64,000 nucleotides of DNA. It comes from the human T2T-CHM13v2.0 reference genome, Homo sapiens. The notes under the pieces are model-generated. The model was not told the origin of the DNA, did no database searches, and saw only the letters and a list, made by a program, of their open reading frames with translations. Positions within the stretch are counted from its first letter, which is position 1, and each line of letters opens with the position of its first letter. The stretch is from the NCBI RefSeq assembly GCF_009914755.1, contig NC_060925.1; one strand, written 5' to 3'. Below, in pieces: positions 54,733-64,000 of the stretch. A program made the position numbers and the translations under genes.

Positions 54733-56043
54733 TATCAGATCTTTGACAACCCTGACAAAAACAAGCAATGGGGAGAGGATTACCTATTCAATAAATGGTG
54801 CTGGGAGAACTGACTAGCCATATGTGCAAGATGGAAACTGGACCCCTCCCTTACACCATATACAAAAATTAACTGAAGATGGATTAAAGACTTAAATGTA
54901 AAATCCAAAACTATAAAAACCCTGGAAGACAACGTAGGCAATACCATTCAAGACATAGGCACAGGCAAAGATTTCATGACAAAGATGCCAAAAGCAATTG
55001 CAACAAAACCAAAAATTGACAAATGGGATCTGATTAAATTAAAGTGTTCTGCACAACAAAATAAACCATCCACAAATTAAATAGGCAACCTACAGAATGG
55101 GAGAATATTTTTGCAAACTATGCATCTGACAAAGGTCTAATATCCAGCATCCATAAGGAACTTAAACAAATTTACAAGAAAAACAATCCCATTAAAAAGT
55201 GGGCAAAAGACATTAATGGACACTTTTCAAAAGAAGACATAAATGCAGTTAACAGTCTTAAGAAGAAAAGCACAGCATCACTGATCATCAGAGGAACGTG
55301 AATCAAAACTACAACATACCATCTGACACCATTCAGAATGGCTATTATTAAAAAGTCAAAAAATAACATATGGTGGTGAGGTTGTGGAGAAAAAGGAATG
55401 GGAGTTATACAAAGTTGGTGGGAGTGTAAATTAATTCAACCATCGTGGAAGACAGTGTAGCAATGCCTCAAAAACCTAAAAACAGAAATACTATTTGACC
55501 CAGAAATCCCATTACTGGGTATATACCCAAAGAAATATAAATTGTTCTATTATAAAGACACATGCACACATATCACATATGTTCATTGCAGCACTATTCA
55601 CAATAGGAAAAACATGGAATCAACTTAAATACCCATCAATGATAGACTGGATAAAGAAAATGTGGTACATATACACCATGGAATACTATGCAGCCATAAA
55701 AAAAGAATGAGATTATGTCCTTTGCAGGGTCATGGATGGAGCTGGAGGTCATTATACTTTGCAAACTAACACAGGAACAGAAAGCCAAATACCACAGGTT
55801 CTCACTTACAAATGAGACCTAAATGATGAGAACACATGGACACATAGAGGGCAATAACACACACTGGGGTTCAATCTTGACGGCAGAGGGTGGGAGGACT
55901 GAAAGGATCAGGAAAAATAAATAATTGGTACTAGGCTTAATACCTGGGTGATTAAATAATCTGTACAACAAACCCCCATGACACAAGTTTACCTATGTAA
56001 TAAATCTGCACATGTTTCCCTGACTTCAAAAGTTAAAAAAAAA
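54733..56043 (+). mobile_element. L1PA13/14-like 3' fragment inserted in an antisense L1MC4 remnant
   Basis: ORF2 LFNKWCWEN; 3' UTR GTACTAGGCTTAATACCTGGGTGA; poly(A). Confidence 0.88.
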
Positions 56044-56327
56044 ATTGAGAATTAGTTTCAGATGTCATACGTCAGCCTGAATACTTAAGTCTGTATCTAC
56101 AAAGAACCAGGCATTATCTTACATAATCATAATAAAATAATCACACTCAAAAAAATTAACACTAATATGATATAGGTGACTAACACACAGCCCATATTCA
56201 ATGTCCCTCAATAGTCTCAACACTGTCCTTGATAGCTGTTTATTTTCTTCTCAATCCAGGAGCCAATCAAGGATCATACTTTGCATTTAGTGTCCTTTAT
56301 TCTAGAATAATTTCCAAGCCTTTATTT

Positions 56328-56395
56328 ACCCCCTCCCTCCCTCCCTTCCTTCTTCTTTCCTTCCTTCCTTCTTTCCTTCCTTCTTTCCTTCTGTC
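56328..56395 (+). repeat. (CCCT)/(CCTT)n polypyrimidine low-complexity repeat
   Basis: Read directly. Confidence 0.9.
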
Positions 56396-57270
56396 TTTCA
56401 TGTTATTCATGTTTTAAAATAGTCCAGGCCAACCTGGACTTTTATTTTTTTTTGCATGGATCCAACGCATTAAGAGAAACATGATGTAAGTTTATTCCAT
56501 TAGTGATAATATTATGTTTTCTCATCTGATGAAGTCCATGTCCAGCAGATTTTCCATTGTAAAGGCATCTTTTTTTTTCCGTTGTAGTTAATAAATTATT
56601 TGGAGTGAAACTTCAAGAATATGTAATTATCCTGTTCTCAAAACATTTTCCGTCAATGGTAACTATGTATTTTATCTTATATCCAATCTTTATTCAAAAC
56701 TTTACATTTACCTCATAAATATCCTAAGTTGTTTGTTTGAATCATGATCCAGACCAAGTTGAAATATTTTATTTCATTAAAACATTTATTGGTACATATT
56801 TGTACATTTTTAGTGGGTATATGTGGTATTTCATTTCATGCATAGGATGTGTAATGATCAAGTAGGGTATTTAGAGTATCCATCACCTCAAGTGTTTATT
56901 GTTTTTATGTGTTGGAATATTTCCATGTGTTGGGAATCCTCCTTTTTTTTAGCAGTTTTGAAATATACAATACATTATTGTTAAATATAGTCAACTTACT
57001 CTGCTATCAAACATTATAACTTATTTCTTATAGATAACTGTATGTTTGTACCCACTGATCAAACTCTTCATCCTCACCACCCCCCACATGCCTTTATCCA
57101 CTTCCCAGCCTCTGGTAACGATCATTCTACTCTTTACTTTCATGAGACCAATTGTTTTAGCTCCCATGTATGAATGAGAACATGTGATATTTATCTTTCT
57201 GTGCTTGGCTTTTTTCATTTAACATAATGGTCACCAGTTCCATCCATGTTCTTGAAAATGATAAAATTTC

Positions 57271-60200
57271 TTTTTTTCTTTTCTTTTTTTTCTTCAACTG
57301 TTATTTTAGATTCAGGGGGTACATGTGCAAGTTTGTTACATGGTTATATTGCATCATGTTGAGGTTTGGGGTACAACCCATCATCCAGGTAGTGAGCATA
57401 GTAGCCAATAGGTAGCTTTTCAACCTCTGCCCCCTCCCTCCCTCTATCTTTTTGTATCTCCAGTGTCCATTGCTCCCATCTTTATATCCATGGTACCCAA
57501 TATTTTGCTCCCATTTATAAGTGAGAACATGCAGTATTCGGTTTTTTATTTCTCTGTTAATTTGCTTAGGATAATGACCTCCAGCTGCCTCCATGTTGCT
57601 GCAAAGGACACGGTTTCATTCTTTTTATGGCTACGCAGTATTCATGGTGTATATGTACCACATTTTCTTTAGCCAATTCACCATTGATGGACACCTGGGT
57701 TTATTGCATGTCTTTGCTATTGTGAATAGTGTCTCAATGAACATACATTGTCTTTCTGGTAGAATAATTTACTTTCCTTTGGGTGTATACCCAGTAATGA
57801 GATTGTTGGGTCAAATTATAGTTCTATTTTTAGTTATTTGAAAATCTTCAAACTGTTTTCCACAGTGGATAAAATAATTTAAATTCCCACCAACGGTGTA
57901 TAAGTATTCCCTTTACTCCACAGCCTCACTAACATCTGGTGTTTTTTACTTTTTAATAATAGCACTTCTGAATGTTGTGAGATGGTATCTCATTGTGGTT
58001 TTGATCTGCATTTCTCTGATGATTAGTGATAATGAGCATTATTTCATGTTTGCTGGCCATTTGTATCTTCTTTTTGGAAGTGTTGGTTCATGTCCTTTGC
58101 CCACTTTTTGATGGGGTTATTTGTTTTTTGTTTGTTGAATTGTTTATGGTTCTTATAGATTCGGGATATTAGACCTTTGTTGGATACATAGTTTGCAGAT
58201 ATTTTCTCCCATTCTCAGGTTGTCTATTTACTCTGTTGTAGTTTCTTTGCTGTGCAGAAGCCCTCTAGTTTAAGTTTAGCTTGCTGTGCAGAAGCTCTCT
58301 AGGTCTGACTTAGTAATTTTTTTATTGCAATTGCTTTTGAGGACCACCCATACATTCTTTGCCAGACAGATGTTGAGATAGGTATTTCTCAGGTTTTCTT
58401 CTAGAATTTTTATAGTTTGAGGTCTTACATTTAAGTCCTTAATACATCTTCAGTTAATTGTTGTATATAGTGATAGGGCGGGATCCAGTTTCATTCTTCT
58501 GCTTATGACTATGGCATATGGCTAGCCAGCTATCCCAGCACCATTTATTAAATATGGAGTCCTTTCCCCATTTTTAATTTTTATTGATTTTGTCAAAGAT
58601 CAGATGGTTGTGGATATGTGGCTTTACTTCTGGCTTTTCTGTTCTGTCTCACTGGCATATGTGTTGTTTTTGTACCGGTACCATACTGTTTTGGTTGCTG
58701 CAGCTTAGTAACAGTTTGAAGTCAGTAATGTGATGCCTCTGGGTTTGTTCTTCTTGCTTAGGATTGCTTTGGATATTTGGGCTCCTCTTTGGTCCCATAT
58801 GAATTTTAGAATCATTTTTTCGAAATCTGTGAAAGATGATGCTGGTAGTTTGATAAGAATTGCTTTGGGCAGTATGGCCATTTTAATGATACTGATTTTT
58901 CCAGTCCATGGAAATGTAAAGACCCACAGCTCCCAGGGACCTACTAGTACTCGGAGCTTGGTGGAGTCCGAGTGGGTTGTGGCTTTTATCTGCAGATGTT
59001 TGGTGATGCAGTGGGTCAAGGGCCACAGATGTGCAGCTGGTGTGGTGCCCACAGCCTGGGTTTGTTTGTTTGTTTGTTTGTTTGTTTGTTTGTTTTTGCC
59101 CAGCAGACAGTTGTGGGCTCTATCCAGTTTGCACTCTCCTAACTGGGTCTCCCTCTGGTGTCTGCCCCAGGAACAGGCCCGGCCAACTAGTTTTGTCCCA
59201 ACTCTTCTGTGGTCGGATGGCTGGGCTGTTCTAGGTGCTCCAGGCAGGGTGGTTGGAGGGTATAGGGGGAATGGGGGTATGTGGGAGGTGTGGTTTCATC
59301 AGGTAGAAGCTGAGGCTGGCCAACAGGCTACACTCATCCCAGATCAGTCTTTTGGAGGGAGGAACATCCAGCTCCTCTAAAGGCACATGAACCTGCAGTT
59401 CAATCTTAGTGAGGACTCCACTCTCACTCTCGGAAGAGCTCAGGCCTGCTTGAGCTCAGGCTACAGACCTCAGCTCAGTACCCCTGGGTGGTATGCTTAA
59501 ACTCTGCGGCATTGGAACCAGGCCTGCAGCTTTGTTCATTGGTGCCGTGGGGCTGAACACCAGCTATGCTGGGGGAGACTCGAACTGTTACCAGACCACC
59601 AGCAAAACATGCAGGTCAGGGAGTGGAGGCCGTGCTGTGCGCGCCCTCTTGCGGGAGCCACCAGGCAAGCATCTTAAGAGGGGCAAGCGGAAAAGGGTGT
59701 CTGTGGATCTGCCCTGTTCTGGTGGTTTCAGGCAGCCCTGCTTTCTTCCCGCCTGGCAGTCAGCAGGGGGGGAGAGTCACTCAGAGCAAGATGGAGAGCC
59801 TTAGGAATGCGTGCTTATCCTGCAGCTGCCCCACTTGTGAAACCTTCTGGGCTCCACACAGGATTGAGTTCTGACTTCTGCCTACTCTCCAAGCAGTCCC
59901 CCTTACCAATTCAAATGTCTACCAGAGTGTGGGATCTCTTGTAGCTAAGATTCCAGATGTCTACAGTGGGAGTGTGGGGCCCCAGAGTTCCTTTGTTCAC
60001 CCCCATTTTAGGACCTGTTCAGGACTTGGCACCTGTTCAGGACTTAGAACCAGTCCTGGTGCTTGGCAGCTCTGTGCAGACTTCCTAGCTTCCTTCCTCT
60101 TCAACTTTGATGTCTGCATCACCTCTCTATTGACTTTCAGTGTTTTTGTTGGTGTTGGTGTTGTTGTCGTTGTTTTTCAAAAGATCTGTTTAAAGTGTGA

Positions 60201-60272
60201 TGGTGTACTGAATATTTTGGGTTCTCTCAGTGGGAAAGGCATTTCCCGGCTGTGTTGGCCAATCCCTCACCT
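57271..60272 (-). mobile_element. L1PA15/16-like: 3' end plus ORF2 tail (57271-~58915) joined to a GC-rich putative 5' UTR (~58916-60272)
   Basis: TTTTAGATTCAGGGGGTACATGTGC 3' end; ORF2 [10 protein letters not shown]...ILKFIW; abrupt switch to GC-rich L1P4-like 5' sequence. Confidence 0.75.
59060..59095 (+). repeat. (GTTT)~9 microsatellite
   Basis: Read directly. Confidence 0.95.
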
Positions 60273-60281
60273 CCAGGATTT

Positions 60282-60611
<330 letters not shown>

Positions 60612-61049
60612 AGGATTTCTGTTTTCTATGGTTGAATAGTATTCCTTTGTATATATACCACATTTCCTTTATCTATTCATCTGTTGATGGACACTTAAGT
60701 TGATTTTATATCTTGACTACTGTGAATAGTCCTGTAGTAAATGTGAGAGTACAGGTATCTCCTTAATAGACCGATTTCTTTTTCTTTGGATAAATATCAG
60801 TGGTGGGATTGCTGGAGCATATGGCAGTTCTATTTTTAGTTTTTTTGAGAAATTTCCATACTGTTACCCATAATGGCTGTACTAACTTGCATTCCCAGCT
60901 ACAGTGTATAAAAGTTTCCTTTTCTCTGTATGCTCACCAACATCTGTTGGTTTTTGTCTTTTTAACAATAGCCATTCTTACTGGGATAAGATTATATCTC
61001 ATTGAGGTTTTGATTTGCGTTTCCCTGATGATTAGTGATGTTGAGCTTT

Positions 61050-61580
61050 GTTTTTAAACTTGTATTTTAGTTCATGGGTACATGTGCAGGTTTGTTATAT
61101 AGGTACATTGCATGCCATAGGGGTTTGATGTACACCTTATTTTATTACCCAGGTAATAAGCATAGTACCCTGTAGGTAGTTTTTCTATCCTCTCCCTCCT
61201 CCCACCCTCCACCCTCAAGTAGGCCCCAGTATCTGATGTTCCCTTCTTTGTGTTCACATTTACTCAATATTTAGCTCCCACTTATAAGTGTGAATATGCA
61301 ATGTTTGATTTTCTTTTCCTGTATTAATACACTTAGGATAATGGCCTGCAGCTCCATCCATGTTGCTGCAAAGGATATGATCTCGTCTTTTTTATTTATG
61401 GCTGTGTAGTATTCCATGGTATATATGTACCATATTTTCTGTATCCCATCTACTCTTGATGGACATTTAGGTTGATTTCATGTCTTTGCTGTTGTGAATA
61501 GTGCTGCAATGAACATGTATGCATATGTCTTTATGGTAGAATGATTTATATTCCTTTAGGTATATACCCAATACTAGAAT
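61050..61580 (-). mobile_element. L1PA13-15-like 3' end
   Basis: GGGTACATGTGCAGGTTTGTTATATAGGTA...CCACCCTCAAGTAGGCCCCAG. Confidence 0.85.
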
Positions 61581-63829
61581 GACTTTGTTTTCTCTACCAG
61601 CGAGTTGGATACTTTTGTGTGCTTTCATGATAGTAAATATCCTTTTCCTTCCAGCCATAGAACTCCCTTAAGCATTCTTCCATAGGACCAAGCTTGTGGT
61701 GATGAATTCCCTCAGTTTCTGCTTGTCTGCAAAATATTTTCTTCATTATGAAGGTTAACGTTGTTGGGTGTAGTATTTTGGCTACCAGGTTTTATATATA
61801 TATACATACTTTTTTTTTCAGTCCTTCGAATATATCATCTTTTTCTCTCCTGAAATGTATGGTTTCTGCTGAGAAATCCACTGTTAGTCTGATGGTGCTT
61901 CCCTTGTAAATGACTAGATGTCATCTCTTGCTGTTTTTAGAAATCTCTTTGACTTTTGACAGTTCAACTATAATGTGTTGTGGAAACCTTTTAAAATTGT
62001 ACTTATTTGAGGATCTTTGAGTTTCCTGTATCTGGATATCTGAAACTCTTATTAGACCTGAGAAGTTTTTAGCTATAAGTTAATTAAATAGGTTTCCCAT
62101 TCCTTTTTTTTGCTTAGAACTGAGACAACCAAAAACTTGAACATGTCACCAGTTTATGGTGGCCCATATATTAAGTAGGCTTTTTTCATTTTTTTCATTT
62201 AGTTTTTTTAATTTTTGTGTAACTAGGTTATTTCCAAAGACTTGTCTTCAAGTTCTGAAATTCTTTTATCTGCTTGATTTAGTCTGTTACTGAAGCTTCC
62301 AAAGGTGTTTTGTATTTTATTCAATGAATTCTTCTATTTTAGAATTTGTTTGGTTCCTCTTTATGATTATCTATCTCTTTGGTAAATTTCTCATTCATAC
62401 CCTGACTTATTTTTCTAATTTCTTTATTTTGTTTATCTATGTTTATTTTTATCTCACTCAGTTTCTTTAATATCATGATTTTGAATTCTTTTTCTCTGGA
62501 TATCATAATTTTCTTTTTCATTGGAATCTGTTGCTGGAGAATTATTGTTCCTCTGAAGGTGTCATGTATCCTTGTTTTAAAATTTTTTTCCTGTGTTCTT
62601 ATATTTATATTTGCACATCTAGTATAACAGTTGCTTCTTCCAATTTTTTGGATTGCCTTTTGTAGGGAAAGGTTTTTTTTCCTGAAGATATATCTGTGGT
62701 TTTGTTTGGGTAGGGTACTTTCGCTTTGATTCTGGATGTGTGCAGAAGTGGAGTCTTCATATAATTTCTTCAATTGTAAATAGCATCAGTGGTGTTTGTG
62801 ATTTTCCCAGTGGCTTAAGCTGCAATAGTTAGTGGTAACAACTTGAAAACTGTTATGGAGGCCTAGAGCTTGTGAAATTCCATTAAAAAATTGTAAAGGC
62901 ACATATTCATAATGGTGCTGAGAACTTTCTGTCTTTTAAGTGAAGAATATTAAATTTTTTTACAATTATTTTTGACCAAAAACAACATAATTCTATCCAG
63001 TCCCTATGAGTTCACTGCCTTTGTAGAAAATGGCATTGCTTTTAGGCTTTATTCTTCACTAAGTAAGTAATGGGGCAAATTTTCTAGTCAATATTTTCTT
63101 ACTCATAAGCATCTTACTATAGGTTATAAATATAAAATAAAGAAGAGATTAATGGAAAATGTACCTATGTATACAAATTTAAGATTAAAAATTGGAAAGT
63201 CTGAGCAATGACTATATATGTGCTATAAAAGTCCTATTTTCCCTGTCTACATGGCATCTGAAAGGTGGAGAGAACTTTAAAATCAACGCAAAAGGAATTT
63301 TCCAGTAACGCAGCAATATAACAACTAAAGTTATACTACTTTCATATATACAGATATAATTCAATGGCTTTTTTTTTCTTACAGAATCACTAATTTTCAG
63401 GGCTATGGTAGCAATTCTATTGACCACCCAGCTTTTGCCTGAATATCTCCAGTGAAAGAATGCATACTCCTGTCTGAAAAAATCTTCCCTATTGTTAAAT
63501 ACTTCTGTCTAAAAGCTATAATTTTTTTCTTATCTTCTCTTAAAACCCATAACCCTCTAAATTCTATACTTTTATGTTTTCTGTGAAAACTTACCATCTA
63601 GTTTCTCATCTATATAACAATCTGTAAATCATTGAAAAGTATGTTCATAGATCCCCTTGTCTTTCTAGACCATACATTTTCAGAGCCTTGCTCAGGGATT
63701 TGTAACACACTCACACATCTACGCAGTCTATATTGGGGCATGAATCTGTGCAGTTGGCTAGCATAAGATGTAATAGAGAGAGATAGGCCTGGGGCAAGAT
63801 GGAGAATTCATGCCTTATCTGAACAGGGT

Positions 63830-63970
63830 ATGCAGCAGCTCCCAGCTTCAGTCAATTGTTGCCAAGGGGAAAATGTTGGCCTCTGTTGACAGATCTTTCA
63901 ATTCCACCCCCCACTTTAGAAGCTAGAAATCTCATTTGTATGAGAAATCTCCTGATTTCTAAATATTACC
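63830..63970. mobile_element. hAT DNA transposon remnant (MER45-like)
   Basis: TGTTGACAGATCTT...AGAAGCTAGAAATCT...GAAATCTCCTGATTTCTAAAT. Confidence 0.5.
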
Positions 63971-64000
63971 ATCCATTGTAAAATTTGTTCAGTTCAGCAC

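Noticed and set aside
58730-59380. Longest ORF (216 aa)
   Set aside because: Antisense L1 ORF2 plus 5' UTR plus (GTTT)n; no host-protein features

Overview
This is AT-rich, CpG-depleted primate (human-like) non-coding DNA, and roughly two thirds of it is recognisable interspersed repeat. I found no supportable host protein-coding exon, RNA gene or CRISPR array. The ORF track is explained by Alu antisense frames, decayed L1 ORF1/ORF2, ERV gag/pol remnants and chance ORFs. Recognisable content is about 11 Alu insertions, many L1 fragments of different ages, MIR/L2/L3 relics, and many LTR elements: a complete two-LTR MER50 provirus, a MER9 solo LTR, a fragmented MLT1F-type MaLR provirus and a class III ERV pol remnant. 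I did not find an undescribed gene system. The best-supported unusual structure is a single TSD-bounded L1PB insertion (21256-26211) that combines a twin-priming 5' inversion with an apparent ~370-bp 3' transduction, inside a four-level nest. Several templated or fold-back micro-rearrangements and a trimeric Alu are also visible. Subfamily names come from recalled consensus sequences, not from a RepeatMasker run, and boundaries without TSDs are approximate.
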